Source of the DNA: Candidatus Latescibacterota bacterium
GTDB lineage: Bacteria > Latescibacterota > UBA2968 > GCA-2709665
DNA length: 64,000 nucleotides
Direction: 5' to 3'
Assembly (NCBI GenBank): GCA_965219455.1
Contig: OZ244744.1
Coordinates: forward strand, 96,001-160,000
The notes below the pieces were generated by a model. It worked only from the letters and a program-made list of their open reading frames with translations, did no database searches and was not told the origin of the DNA. Of the stretch, positions 20,669-31,266 are shown one piece after another (position 1 is the stretch's first letter; each line of letters starts with the position of its first letter). The position numbers and the translations under genes are program-made.

Positions 20669-21895
20669 TCACTCGTACGTTTTCATCGCCTCAGCCGGAT
20701 TCAGGCGGGCCGCGTAGACGGCCGGATAGACCCCGGCAACCAGCGTAAAAAGAAATACGCACACCGGAAACAGGACGAACTGCTCCACCCGCAGGACCGG
20801 ATAAATCAACTCCCGCAGCGTCACGCCCGCAAACTCAATGCCGGCGTAATCGATCCCATAGATGGAATACACGGAAGTCACGACGAATCCCAGACCGCAA
20901 CCAATCACAATGCTGAGCACTGAAAGCGCACCCGCCTCGAACAGAACCATCATCGCCATACGGCCTGGACGGGTGCCCACCGCGCGCAGGACACCGAACT
21001 CGAACATCCGTTCGTGAAGCGACATGAACAGGGTGTTGACAATGCCCAGTGACACCACTGCAAACAGGATGGCGCCCACAATAAACGATGAGAACCCGGT
21101 CATTTCAACCACCGCACTGAGTTGGGGCATCAGGGCCCGCCAACTCCGGGCTGCGTTTCCGTTTCGCGACAGTCGCGACCAGAAAAGGGCATCCGTTGCC
21201 TCGTTTCCGGAGGACGACTTGAAATGCAGGGCAATCTCGTGCACCTCACCAGGAAGTCCGAGTAGACGTTGCACGGTCTCGATATGCGTGAAACCCACCC
21301 CGCCGTCCAGCTCACCGACGTCAAAGTGGAAAATCCCGCCCACCCGGAACATCTCCTGGGCTAATTCGTCGGTTTCAGCCTCCGCCGCCGTCACGACCAC
21401 CCGGTCGCCCACGCCGACCTCCAACGTTTTGGCCAGTTTCGACCCCAGCAGAATCTTTCGACGGTCATCTCGCTCGAGGAACGAACCTTCAACAATGACC
21501 TCGTGGATTTTGGAGAACGCCCTTTCCAGGTCGGGGTCGACGCCGTAAAGCAGCACAGTGCCCGACGTCGCCGGCGAGGCCAGCATACCGGGCGTCTGGA
21601 CGCGCAACGAAATGCGTTCCACTTCGGGATCGGCCTTCAGGCGCTCCAACACACCGGGCAGCCCCCGCACGGTCCGCGACACCTCGCGGGTGCTCCTGAA
21701 TCCTTCGGCGTGTACCTGGCCGTGTCCCATGAATGTATCCGTCGCAATCCGAATGATGCTTTCGGACATCCCGATCATCAGTCCGTCGGTAAAGATCAAC
21801 GCCGCCAGCCCAATTCCGATGGCGAACCCGGCCAGCAACGTCCGCCGTGCGTTTCGAAAAGTATTCATCCAGGCTATTTTCATTAAAAACAACAT
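20669..21895 (-). CDS. ABC permease, FtsX/LolE/MacB type
   Basis: RNARRT, large periplasmic loop, ERMFEFGVLRAVG, PAVYAARLNPAEA. Confidence 0.9.
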   Translation of the reverse strand: MLFLMKIAWMNTFRNARRTLLAGFAIGIGLAALIFTDGLMIGMSESIIRIATDTFMGHGQVHAEGFRSTREVSRTVRGLPGVLERLKADPEVERISLRVQTPGMLASPATSGTVLLYGVDPDLERAFSKIHEVIVEGSFLERDDRRKILLGSKLAKTLEVGVGDRVVVTAAEAETDELAQEMFRVGGIFHFDVGELDGGVGFTHIETVQRLLGLPGEVHEIALHFKSSSGNEATDALFWSRLSRNGNAARSWRALMPQLSAVVEMTGFSSFIVGAILFAVVSLGIVNTLFMSLHERMFEFGVLRAVGTRPGRMAMMVLFEAGALSVLSIVIGCGLGFVVTSVYSIYGIDYAGIEFAGVTLRELIYPVLRVEQFVLFPVCVFLFTLVAGVYPAVYAARLNPAEAMKTYE

Positions 21896-22000
21896 GATGT
21901 GTTCTTTCGACGACCCATTCGGATTTTCCGAACCGATCCCGACGCGCCGTGGACCCGCAACGACGCCGAGCCATCCGCGGATGAGGGCGCCAGTCTCCGC

Positions 22001-23215
22001 TCAATGTGTTCGCATCGCCCGCGCGGGCGCCACTTTTGCCGCGCGGGTCGCGGGAAACAGACTCACAAGAACGGCGGTGCCGAAGGTCAGCACCGCCGGA
22101 ATCCAGACCGACCGGAACGTAACCATACTGATCAGCCGATCGAAAACGTAACCGCCGTACTCCACGGGCGTCGGATAGACGATTCCATGTTTCGACAGGA
22201 TGGTGTTTCCTATCAAGCCCAAAACCCCGCCAAGAAGCACGCTGAAACCAGACAGATAGACCGTCTCGCCCAGGATCAACAAAAACACGTTCGCCGGCCT
22301 CGTACCCAGCGCGCGCAGAACGCCAAATTCACGTGTACGCTCCAGAATGGCCATCAGTACGGTATTCAGGACACCGATGGCCACAATCAGATTGATGATT
22401 CCCAGAGAAATCCACATGCCCTGAACATCGGCCTGCATCGCCCGGTAAAACGTGCGTTCAACCACCTGCCACGGTGAAACGTCGAGGGAGGCATCCGCCA
22501 GGAGGCCTTCCAATTGTCCAGCGGCGTGCAACGACGCCGAAGGATCCTCAAGCACAATTGCCACTTCGTGAACGCGGCGACCCAACGCCAGGAACCGCTG
22601 CGCCTCCTCGAGGTGCATATAACAGGCCGCGCGCTGGTACGGATCGGTGCCGTCGCCCACAATGCCCACGACGCGGTAGACGTCGTTGGCTATGGACCCG
22701 TCCGCTGCCTGCCCGATCAATATTACCTCATCGCCCGTGGTTGCGTTTAACGCCTCCGACAGTCCATGGCCCAGCATCACCTCCGACCCGGAACGCCCGG
22801 TCAGAAAACGACCCGCGCTCACTTTTAATTTGAGACGGGTCGTCCGTGCTTCGCGGCCGGGCAACACGCCCACAATCCGCGCGCCCGTGGTCTTTTTGCC
22901 TGCCGCGGCGAGTACCGGAGAATACACCCGGGGCGTCCATGCTTCCACACCGTTTAATGACCCGATGATCTCCCCGACCCGATCCGGATCGCCAATAGCA
23001 TTGTAAAGCGTGGGCCTGTCAAGATACCCTTTCCCGTGAACCTGGACGTGGCCGGTCCGGTCCCTGGTAAACGCCTCGATCAGACCCAGATAGGTGCCAT
23101 CCGAAATCCCGATGGACAACGAGCACAGCAAAAATCCGCCCGCCATCGCCGCCAGTGTCAACACCGATCGACGACGCTGCCGGAATAGATTTCGAAACGC
23201 GATTCTGAGCACCAT
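22001..23215 (-). CDS. ABC permease, FtsX/LolE/MacB type
   Basis: AFRNLFRQRRRS, ERTREFGVLRALG, PATRAAKVAPARA. Confidence 0.9.
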   Translation of the reverse strand: MVLRIAFRNLFRQRRRSVLTLAAMAGGFLLCSLSIGISDGTYLGLIEAFTRDRTGHVQVHGKGYLDRPTLYNAIGDPDRVGEIIGSLNGVEAWTPRVYSPVLAAAGKKTTGARIVGVLPGREARTTRLKLKVSAGRFLTGRSGSEVMLGHGLSEALNATTGDEVILIGQAADGSIANDVYRVVGIVGDGTDPYQRAACYMHLEEAQRFLALGRRVHEVAIVLEDPSASLHAAGQLEGLLADASLDVSPWQVVERTFYRAMQADVQGMWISLGIINLIVAIGVLNTVLMAILERTREFGVLRALGTRPANVFLLILGETVYLSGFSVLLGGVLGLIGNTILSKHGIVYPTPVEYGGYVFDRLISMVTFRSVWIPAVLTFGTAVLVSLFPATRAAKVAPARAMRTH

Positions 23216-23357
23216 GGACGAATATCCGCCTCGTACTTAACTCTACAAAAACGATGAAGCCGTCAGCCTGACTCTGCGCCACTGCCGCTGACAGCGACCC
23301 GATGCAGCGCACGGAACCACCCCTCCTGCGGAAACCCGTTGTACTGCTCCCTGCTGT

Positions 23358-24107
23358 TCATCGGCGGCGCCGCAAATTCCGATGCGTAAACGTCTCCTTT
23401 GCCAGTTGACGATCGAATCGTGCGTCCAGATATCGAATGACCGTTCGGTATCCTTCTTTTCTCAACGGCTTCATTTCCAGCACCGCGGGCAAGGTACGCC
23501 CTCCGAAATCCCTGGGTTCCGAAAACGTCATCTCCCGCATCGGATCGCCGCGCTCGTCGAAATAAACGTACGAGAGCGGGATCAGATCGGACTTTCGTAT
23601 CTCAAGTACGATCTTTCCCCAAACCGTGGGTGTCTCATCCCGCGGAATCAGCACGATTTCATAAGCCTGGTCGTTCCCGGGCTTCCCGAAAGCCGGCTGG
23701 TAATCCGCCGCGAGCGAACTCTCCTTCACCAGATCGTCATTGGTAAAATCGGAACCCATCCAGGATCCCATCATCATCGACGGCGGAACTTTAATCACTT
23801 TGTCGATCCTGGGGAAATAGTTCCACATATCTGTATTCATACGCAACGTGGAGGTGCCCGCTTCTTTTTTCGGGGCCAGAATCGTGACAAAGGTCTTGCA
23901 CAACCCTTCGGTCCACATCTTCATCCGGAGGGTCCGCCGCCAGTGGGGCGTCTGGATTTCCATTTCCAATTCGGCGAAGCTGGTTTCGCTCCGGTACAAC
24001 CGGTCCATACGATCCACCAGCACCTGAATATCCCGGATCTCTTCCGCATGAACGCCGGTGGAACACAGAATCAATCCGGCCAGCGCGATTGGAAGCGTTC
24101 GCAGCAT
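23358..24107 (-). CDS. LolA-like outer-membrane lipoprotein-sorting protein
   Basis: Signal peptide; MWNYFPRIDKVIKVPPSMMMGSWMGSDFTNDDL signature; AAGGAG RBS. Confidence 0.85.
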   Translation of the reverse strand: MLRTLPIALAGLILCSTGVHAEEIRDIQVLVDRMDRLYRSETSFAELEMEIQTPHWRRTLRMKMWTEGLCKTFVTILAPKKEAGTSTLRMNTDMWNYFPRIDKVIKVPPSMMMGSWMGSDFTNDDLVKESSLAADYQPAFGKPGNDQAYEIVLIPRDETPTVWGKIVLEIRKSDLIPLSYVYFDERGDPMREMTFSEPRDFGGRTLPAVLEMKPLRKEGYRTVIRYLDARFDRQLAKETFTHRNLRRRR

Positions 24108-24171
24108 CAGGTGCTCCTTTCCCTTGCGGCGTCCGTTGCCATGCCGGTCACCTGACATCCCCAACAGATCG

Positions 24172-24927
24172 CTATCGCTTCCAGAATGGACTTGCCACGT
24201 CCGAGAACGTAACCCGGCCGAAATCATCCGGCGCATGAAACTGCGGCTCCGGCGTAGTGCTGGCGGACCACTGGCTGAACTGCGCGTTGGTTTTTCCGCC
24301 CAGCCGGTTCAGGTTCAGGTTCCAGACGTCACCCGGCGCCGGCGGTGTGCGTTTGGCGACCCCGGCGAAATTCTCGAACGGTATGGCGGCCTCCAGGACC
24401 CAGTATGAATCGGTATCCTCGTCGTGGTTTAACGTGCCCGCGATAAACGTTGAAACCTGAAGACCTCTCGCCCGCCACCCCGTATGCACGACCTCACCGG
24501 CCCCCTTCGGATTGAACCGTTCCAGATAAATACTCAGTACATTCATCTCGATATTGAAATAAACGTGCGGCATGTCCGGATTCGGGGCCATAAACACTTC
24601 CACGCAGTCGTCATCGTAAACGGCGCTGTTTCGCTCGGTGTGATCCGCCCAGATATGGGCGTCTTCGCAGATATACGCCACGTAGAGATGGGTATCGTCC
24701 CAGAGAATCTTCGCCACCGTCTGCTCCTGTTTGCCTTCGCTGTACCAGGGAAAGACGAACGCCCCCACGTCGGGCGCAGCCACCCACGCCGGTTCGTCCA
24801 GCCGTCCGTCAACGGTTATCGGCGTTCCTGCTCGATAAATCGAATAGCTCGGCCAACCTTCGGCATGCGCTGAATCAAACGCCAGGAAAACAACAAGGAA
24901 CACAATACTCGCCAGCAGAAATTCCAT
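24172..24927 (-). CDS. Secreted CBM9-like sugar-binding (DOMON-like) protein
   Basis: ITVDGRLDEPAW, LWDDTHLYV, DDCVEVF, W..EAAIPF, QFHAP..FG. Confidence 0.8.
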   Translation of the reverse strand: MEFLLASIVFLVVFLAFDSAHAEGWPSYSIYRAGTPITVDGRLDEPAWVAAPDVGAFVFPWYSEGKQEQTVAKILWDDTHLYVAYICEDAHIWADHTERNSAVYDDDCVEVFMAPNPDMPHVYFNIEMNVLSIYLERFNPKGAGEVVHTGWRARGLQVSTFIAGTLNHDEDTDSYWVLEAAIPFENFAGVAKRTPPAPGDVWNLNLNRLGGKTNAQFSQWSASTTPEPQFHAPDDFGRVTFSDVASPFWKR

Positions 24928-24951
24928 TACCCGACCTCCTGTCTCAATAAT

Positions 24952-25137
24952 TCACAGTGAATCCGTACTCTCACACAACGCGCGAAGAAACGCGGCGTCC
25001 GCCATCAGCGCGGCCTCTGGGTCGTCTTCGCGGACAAACTCGACTTCCAGAAATCCGTCGAAACCCGCCGCCGCAAGTTCCAGAACCTCCGCGAACGCCC
25101 GGTCTTTAAACGCAATTGTGCAAAGCGCAGTCTTCAT
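24952..25137 (-). pseudogene. Internally deleted sugar phosphate isomerase/epimerase remnant (61 aa)
   Basis: TIM-barrel N-terminus (MKTALCTIAF...LELAAAGFDG) joined directly to a C-terminus (GFDGFLEVEF...DAAFLRAL); RBS and promoter intact. Confidence 0.75.
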
Positions 25138-25163
25138 CCTCGCGTCTCCTCGGAAATTGACCT

Positions 25164-25192
25164 ATAATACCCCGACCACAGCCGGATGTCAA
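25164..25192 (-). promoter_or_regulatory. Sigma70-like promoter of the remnant/CBM9/LolA-ABC cluster
   Basis: TTGACA-17 nt-TATTAT on the minus strand. Confidence 0.65.
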
Positions 25193-25366
25193 ATCGAATG
25201 GCGGTATCCGGATGCCACTCGGAGAGGCCCGGCGTCGCCCTGATTCAATGCGCTGCAGCCACGAGTCCGCGTGCGGCGTCCGGGCAATCGGTTCATCGCC
25301 GGTCGGGAACAATGGGTCGCGGAAAAAAGTCCTGTGACAGCTTGTTCCCGTGAATTCAGGATCCTG

Positions 25367-25395
25367 TTGACAGGACTCAGGACCTTTTGTACTTT
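25367..25395 (+). promoter_or_regulatory. Sigma70-like promoter with overlapping palindrome
   Basis: TTGACA-17 nt-TACTTT; the -35 lies within TCCTGT-TG-ACAGGA. Confidence 0.5.
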
Positions 25396-25562
25396 AGCGG
25401 AAGGCAGTCGTACCGTGGCGCCGGGGCCGGTTCGCCGTCCCTTCCACACGTCCCCTTGAATACGGATTTCCGGAATCGGGTTCCCGCGCCCGATCCGCCT
25501 CCAACTTCAGGCAACATGGATATCTTGATGTATTGGATCTATCGAAAATGGGAAGGAAGGCA

Positions 25563-26402
25563 ATGAGCCGGTTCAAATTCGGTATTCTGGAAGACGTACT
25601 GCAGTCAGACTGGTTGGATGTGTTCCCGAAAGCGAAGGCACTCGGCTACGACGGCATCGAACTGGGAATCCGGGGGAACACCTATCGCGACTCCGACCTC
25701 TGGAGCGAAGCGGGCATCGACGCCCTGGGGCAGCGCGCCGAATCGGCGGGCGTTCCCATCTTCTCCGTTTGCCTGCACACGTTCTGGCAATATTCCTTTG
25801 CCGACCCGGACGTGGCGAGCCGCTTTATGGCCAAACAGATCGTCTTCCAGGCCATTCATGCCTGTAAGGTCCTTGACATCAAAACCATACTCATTCCAGT
25901 CACCAATCCACTGGCGTTACCCCCCCGCGAAGCCGCCCATCGGTGGACCTACGAAACCCGGGCAGTTGCCTCCCAGGCGGCCGGGATGGGCATTCGGATC
26001 GGACTGGAGAACGTGGGCCGCAGCCACGTCGTCACCGGTGAACACATGAGGGAACTGATTGAAGCGGTAGACAATCCGTACGTGGGGGCCTACTTCGACG
26101 TTGGCAACGCGCAGATGCTTGGCAGCAACTCGGTCTCTGACATCCACTGCCTGGGTGATCGGATTCTGCAGGTCCACATCAAAGACCCACGAAAAGACCG
26201 TACGCCCTGTTATGTTGGCGAGGGTGACATCGACCTGGAGGGCTGTCTGAGAGCACTGGCCGAAGTGGGATACAAGGGCCCGCTCGTCTTTGAGACGCCT
26301 CCTCTGGATGACGCGGTGTCGACCGCGGAACGCAACCTCAGAACCCTGAAATCTCTGGTCGAATCGACCGTCGTGGAATCGAGCGGAAGCGCGAATTCCT
26401 GA
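25563..26402 (+). CDS. Sugar phosphate isomerase/epimerase (UlaE/SgaU-like TIM barrel)
   Basis: ALGYDGIEL, IGLENV, YFDVGN, QVHIKD, GPLVFE; GGAAGG RBS. Confidence 0.88.
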   Translation: MSRFKFGILEDVLQSDWLDVFPKAKALGYDGIELGIRGNTYRDSDLWSEAGIDALGQRAESAGVPIFSVCLHTFWQYSFADPDVASRFMAKQIVFQAIHACKVLDIKTILIPVTNPLALPPREAAHRWTYETRAVASQAAGMGIRIGLENVGRSHVVTGEHMRELIEAVDNPYVGAYFDVGNAQMLGSNSVSDIHCLGDRILQVHIKDPRKDRTPCYVGEGDIDLEGCLRALAEVGYKGPLVFETPPLDDAVSTAERNLRTLKSLVESTVVESSGSANS

Positions 26403-26444
26403 AGGGCGACAAGAGAACGATCCATTCCAAAGTGTACGTACGCA

Positions 26445-26481
26445 AAAATCCCGCTACAAGCGTTACCGCCCGCGGGATTTT
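26445..26481. terminator. Candidate bidirectional terminator
   Basis: AAAATCCCGC...GCGGGATTTT perfect 10-bp inverted repeat between convergent genes. Confidence 0.6.
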
Positions 26482-26500
26482 CTGTTTCCGAACCATCATC

Positions 26501-27274
26501 CTAGGTTGGATGATGCCGCTTCCTGAACGCGTAAGCCAGCCCACGAAGCACCAAGTCGGGATCAGAAAGGTGCGACGATTTGAGATAGGGTGAAAGCAAC
26601 GGCGCATCTCCGCCGGTCAGGAGTACGCGCGGCGCCCCGACCACGGTGACGGTCAGCTCTTCGACCACACGATCCACGGCTCCAGCCGCCCCGAACACCA
26701 CACCCGCCCGTATACACTCCGGCGTGTCCCGCCCCACCGCCGATGCCGGTGCTTCGAGTTCCACCTCGGGCAGCAAACTGGTCCCCGACGCGAGTGCGTT
26801 CACCGTGGCCTGCAGGCCCGGCGCGATCGTTCCGCCCATAAAACATCCCGCGGTTGAAACCAGGTCTACTGTCAGGGCGGTTCCCGCGTCAACCACAATG
26901 ACGGGGCCGCCGACCAGCCGGAACGCCGCCGCGGCAGCCAGAAGCCGGTCGACTCCCACGGCTTCCGGCCTCTCCACATCGACATCGATTCCTGGATCGG
27001 TTCGGGCATCGGCCTCGATCAGATGGCACCCTGAAAACGTCCGGACGGCCCCACGCATAACTTTCGTCATTCCCCTGACCACCGACGAAGCGATGGCCCC
27101 GTCCAACGCCCGAATTCCGATACCCGCACCTTCCAGTACGGCGCTCAGGCGCGTCGAGTACGCGCCACTGCCCAGCCCGGGGTCGGTGCCCATGGACCAG
27201 CGGGTCCGCATGTCGCTGCCGTCGAATATGGCACAGCCGATACTGGAATTCCCGATGTCAAGCGCAAGAAACAT
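26501..27274 (-). CDS. coaX: Type III pantothenate kinase
   Basis: LALDIGNS, VGVDRL, VVDAGTALT, GGTIAPG, LTGGDA, LVLRGL; downstream of birA. Confidence 0.93.
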   Translation of the reverse strand: MFLALDIGNSSIGCAIFDGSDMRTRWSMGTDPGLGSGAYSTRLSAVLEGAGIGIRALDGAIASSVVRGMTKVMRGAVRTFSGCHLIEADARTDPGIDVDVERPEAVGVDRLLAAAAAFRLVGGPVIVVDAGTALTVDLVSTAGCFMGGTIAPGLQATVNALASGTSLLPEVELEAPASAVGRDTPECIRAGVVFGAAGAVDRVVEELTVTVVGAPRVLLTGGDAPLLSPYLKSSHLSDPDLVLRGLAYAFRKRHHPT

Positions 27275-27348
27275 ACACGTACTCAGTAATGGCATCCGGA
27301 CCGGAAACCACGTGCCAAAAAGAACGAGGATCCTCCTGTTGTCAATCG

Positions 27349-28383
27349 CTAAACCGTCCCTGCGCCACCCACGTCTCCAATCATGACCCTCGTGATCCCG
27401 CCATCGACACCCCGCACCAGGAGTGCGCCATCGGTTCCGACGTCCTCCGCCACGCCCTCAACGAATCCCGCGTCCGTCGTGATGCGAACCGGCTTGCCCA
27501 GCATCCGCGCTTTGCCCTTCCACAGTGTACCTATCTTCGCCTCATCCAGGCTGGCGTATACCTGCTCCAGCGCCCAAAGCACCTCGGCCAGGAGTGTCGT
27601 CCGCTCGTACACCCGACCCGTCCCGCACCGGAGGGATGTCGCGGTGTTTTGCAGACCCGATGGAAAGTCTGCCTCTTCCTGGTTCACGTTTATCCCGATG
27701 CCGAGAACGGCGAAGCGCAATCTGTCGACGCCGCCACGCGCCTCCGTAAGGATGCCCGCGAGCTTGCGGTCGTTCAGATACAGGTCGTTGGGCCATCTGA
27801 CGTCGGGGCGGACTCCGGTAGAAGCCTCGACGGCGTCGGCCAGGGCGACGGCCGCGCCGAACGTAAGCATCCAGGCGCGCGAAATCGTCAGTCGGTATCG
27901 GAGAATCAGTGAAAACCAGAGTCCCACGCCAGGCGGCGAAAACCACTTTCTGCCAAGACGCCCGCGACCGGCCTCCTGATGTTCCGCGAGGACCAGGGTG
28001 CCGTGCGGCGCGCCGGCGAGAGCAGCCCGCGTGGCCAGGGCATTTGTTGAATCCAACTCCAGGAAGCACACGGGAGACCGGCCCAGGACGCGGGTCCGCA
28101 GGTGTCCGAGCAGGCCGGTCCGGAGGATTACATCCGTTTCGGTGTCCAGACTTATGCCCGCACCGGGACAATCCGAAACGGAATACCCGAGGCGCCGCAT
28201 CGCGGCTATTCCGCTACGGACGTCGTCGGGCCTGCAGGCCAGCGCCGCGGCCAGATTTTCGACGGAAACCCGCTCCGCCCGTTGTTTGCCCAGCGCCTCG
28301 AGAACGCGATACGCAATGGGGGTCTCAACGCCGCCGGTACCGGTGGCTGATTCCGTGGAAAAACACGGCCGTTTCGCGCTCAT
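27349..28383 (-). CDS. birA: Biotin--[acetyl-CoA-carboxylase] ligase with N-terminal HTH
   Basis: LDSTN, AEHQEAGRGRLGRKW, WPND, KLAGILTE, LGIGINVN; ATGA overlap with the nadC stop. Confidence 0.93.
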   Translation of the reverse strand: MSAKRPCFSTESATGTGGVETPIAYRVLEALGKQRAERVSVENLAAALACRPDDVRSGIAAMRRLGYSVSDCPGAGISLDTETDVILRTGLLGHLRTRVLGRSPVCFLELDSTNALATRAALAGAPHGTLVLAEHQEAGRGRLGRKWFSPPGVGLWFSLILRYRLTISRAWMLTFGAAVALADAVEASTGVRPDVRWPNDLYLNDRKLAGILTEARGGVDRLRFAVLGIGINVNQEEADFPSGLQNTATSLRCGTGRVYERTTLLAEVLWALEQVYASLDEAKIGTLWKGKARMLGKPVRITTDAGFVEGVAEDVGTDGALLVRGVDGGITRVMIGDVGGAGTV

Positions 28384-29243
28384 CGGAACAACAGGCTCAT
28401 GTCCATGGACGGCGCCGAATGCGTCAACGCGCCAACCGAGATCAGATCCACACCGGTCTCGGCCACGGCGCGAACGGTTTCGAGTGTGACGTTGCCGGAT
28501 GCTTCCAGAAGGGGCCGCTCCCGTCCGAACGCCTTCGCCAGCGCCACCGCGAGGCGCGTGGTGTGCAGATCCATATTGTCCAGCATCACCCGATCCACGC
28601 CCACGGCCAGCGCGTCGTCCAATTCGCGAAGGGTTTTTACCTCCACTTCGATTATCACGCACCTCCGGTCCCGGGCCATTGCCGCCTTCACCGCGGCGAC
28701 CGCCGGTCCGATACCGTCTGCAGCTTCGATGTGGTTTTCCTTGAGGAGCACCATATCGTGGAGTCCCATCCGGTGGCTTGTTCCTCCCCCGGCGACAACC
28801 GCGTACTTGTCCGGCATCCGCAGTCCGGGCGCGGTCTTCCGGGTATCCAGAATCCTGACGCCCGTCCCGGCAACGGCGGCCACGTAGGCTGCCGTTTTCG
28901 TCGCGATTCCGGACATTCGCTGCAGGAAATTCAGCGCCGTGCGTTCCGCTGTCAGGATGCCCCGGGCGAGGCCCTCAACATCCGCCAGCACATCCTCGAC
29001 GTCAACGCGTGCGCCATCCGCGGTTCGGGGCGTCACCCGGATTCGTGAATCAACCCGATGAAATACCCGTTCCGCCACCGGCAGACCCGCGATCACACCC
29101 GGCGCCCGTGCAATCAACACGGCTCGAGCCCGGGTATTCTCGCGCACAGTCCAGGCGGTAGAAATGTCGCCGTCGCCCACGTCTTCCAGGATCGCCGCTT
29201 CGACAACGCGGTCGATGCCATCCCATTCCGGCAGGTTCGCCAT
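28380..29243 (-). CDS. nadC: Nicotinate-nucleotide pyrophosphorylase (quinolinate phosphoribosyltransferase)
   Basis: ERTALNFLQRMSGIAT, DTRKTAPG, HRMGL.D, KENH, MLDN, SVGALTHS. Confidence 0.96.
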   Translation of the reverse strand: MANLPEWDGIDRVVEAAILEDVGDGDISTAWTVRENTRARAVLIARAPGVIAGLPVAERVFHRVDSRIRVTPRTADGARVDVEDVLADVEGLARGILTAERTALNFLQRMSGIATKTAAYVAAVAGTGVRILDTRKTAPGLRMPDKYAVVAGGGTSHRMGLHDMVLLKENHIEAADGIGPAVAAVKAAMARDRRCVIIEVEVKTLRELDDALAVGVDRVMLDNMDLHTTRLAVALAKAFGRERPLLEASGNVTLETVRAVAETGVDLISVGALTHSAPSMDMSLLFR

Positions 29244-29244
29244 G

Positions 29245-31266
29245 TCAGTCCAAATCCAGTGTCCCGTCCGGGACCCCCTTCATGCCCGCTTTCAGCCTGG
29301 TAATCTCGTCTCTATATTCGGCCGCTCTTTCGAATGCCAGTTCCGCCGCGGCCCTGGCCATTTTGTCTTCGAGATCCGCGATAACGTCCACCAGGTTGGC
29401 GCCGGCCTCGTACCCGGACGTCTCCTCCGCCGCAAGCGGCATCTCCTCCTGCCTGGCATCGGCGACCGCCGTGGCTTGCAGAATCTCATCCCTGCTCTTG
29501 TAGACCGTCTGCGGCACAACGCCCAGGCGCTCATTGTATGCCTGCTGCACCTGCCGTCTGCGGTTGGTTTCTTCGATCGCCCGCCGCATGGAGTCCGTCA
29601 CCCTGTCCGCGTACAATATGACCTTGCCGGCCAGATTTCTGGCCGCCCGGCCCGCCGTCTGAATCAGCGACCGCGTCGAGCGCAGGAAGCCCTCTTTATC
29701 CGCATCCAGAATCGCGACAAGGGATACTTCAGGCAGATCCAACCCCTCGCGCAGCAGATTCACACCCACCAGAACGTCGAATTCACCCAGCCGCAACCCC
29801 CTGATGATTTCGACGCGCTCCAATGAGTCGATTTCCGAATGCATATAGCGGGCGCGTATACCCAGATCACGCATGTATTCAGCCAGGTCCTCCGACATTC
29901 TCTTGGTCAACGCGGTTACAAGCACCCGTTCTTTGCGGGCCACCCGCTCGCGTACCTCGTCGATCAGATCGTCCACCTGCCCGCGGACCGGACGCACCAG
30001 CATCTCCGGATCCAGTACCCCGGTAGGCCGGATAATCTGCTCGACCACAATGCCCTGTGTCGTTTCCAGTTCATAGTCCGCAGGTGTGGCGGACATGAAA
30101 ATCGCTGTTTTCATCATGCCTTCGAATTCCTGAAAATAAAGCGGGCGATTGTCCAGCGCGGCGGGTAGCCGAAACCCGTGTTCCACCAGTGTCGTCTTTC
30201 GCGATCGATCGGCATTCCACATCCCCCGGACCTGCGGCAACGTCACATGCGACTCGTCGACGACAACCAGGAATTCCTCCGGGAAATAGTCCAGCAACAC
30301 GTGGGGCGGCTGGCCGGGTTCCCGCCCGTCGATATATCTCGAGTAATTCTCGATTCCCGCGCAGTAGCCAATCTCACGCATCATCTCGATATCGTACCGC
30401 GTGCGGGTCTCCAGCCGCTGGGCTTCCAGGAGTTTTCCCTGGTTTCTGAATTCGTCAAGTTGCCTGGCCATGTCAATCTCAATCTGCTCGATCGCCCGCT
30501 CGATCCGCTCGCCGCTGGTCACGAAATGCCGCGCCGGGTAAATCGCCGCTCGTTCTCGCGTCTCCAGCACCTCCCCGGTCACCGTTTGCACCAGACTGAT
30601 CGCATCCACTTCGTCACCGAAGAACTCCACGCGAACCGGATCGTCCCGTTCGGGTCGATAGATCTCCACCACATCGCCGCGAACCCGAAACGAACCCGGG
30701 CCGAAATCCACGTCGTTCCGCGTATAGTGTATGTCCACCAGCCGGCGAAGCAATTCGTCCCGGTCCAGCCTTTCCCCCCGGTCGATCATCACGTGCATAC
30801 GCTCGTACTCTTCCGGATTGCCGATTCCGTAAATGCAGGATACACTGGCCACGATAATCACATCCCGGCGTTCCATCAACGCGCTTGTCGCACGCAGGCG
30901 CAGCCGGTTGATCTCATCGTTGATATCCGCTTCCTTTTCGATGAACGTATCGGTTACCGGCTTATAGGCCTCGGGCTGATAGTAGTCATAATAGGATATG
31001 AAATACTCCACTGCGTTGTCCGGAAAGAACATCTTGAATTCACCGTAAAGCTGAGCCGCCAGCGTTTTGTTGTGCGAGATCACCAGGGTTGGCATCTGTA
31101 TCGCCTCGATGACCTTTGAAATCGTAAACGTCTTCCCCGTTCCAGTCGCTCCCAAAAGGGTCTGAAACCGGTCACCCCGTTGAACGCCCTCGCTCAATTC
31201 GGCGATGGCCTGGGGCTGGTCGCCCGCCGGTTCAAACGGCGCCTGGACCCGAAATCTCGTCATCAT
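29245..31266 (-). CDS. uvrB: Excinuclease ABC subunit B
   Basis: [52 protein letters not shown]-terminal UVR domain. Confidence 0.98.
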   Translation of the reverse strand: MMTRFRVQAPFEPAGDQPQAIAELSEGVQRGDRFQTLLGATGTGKTFTISKVIEAIQMPTLVISHNKTLAAQLYGEFKMFFPDNAVEYFISYYDYYQPEAYKPVTDTFIEKEADINDEINRLRLRATSALMERRDVIIVASVSCIYGIGNPEEYERMHVMIDRGERLDRDELLRRLVDIHYTRNDVDFGPGSFRVRGDVVEIYRPERDDPVRVEFFGDEVDAISLVQTVTGEVLETRERAAIYPARHFVTSGERIERAIEQIEIDMARQLDEFRNQGKLLEAQRLETRTRYDIEMMREIGYCAGIENYSRYIDGREPGQPPHVLLDYFPEEFLVVVDESHVTLPQVRGMWNADRSRKTTLVEHGFRLPAALDNRPLYFQEFEGMMKTAIFMSATPADYELETTQGIVVEQIIRPTGVLDPEMLVRPVRGQVDDLIDEVRERVARKERVLVTALTKRMSEDLAEYMRDLGIRARYMHSEIDSLERVEIIRGLRLGEFDVLVGVNLLREGLDLPEVSLVAILDADKEGFLRSTRSLIQTAGRAARNLAGKVILYADRVTDSMRRAIEETNRRRQVQQAYNERLGVVPQTVYKSRDEILQATAVADARQEEMPLAAEETSGYEAGANLVDVIADLEDKMARAAAELAFERAAEYRDEITRLKAGMKGVPDGTLDLD

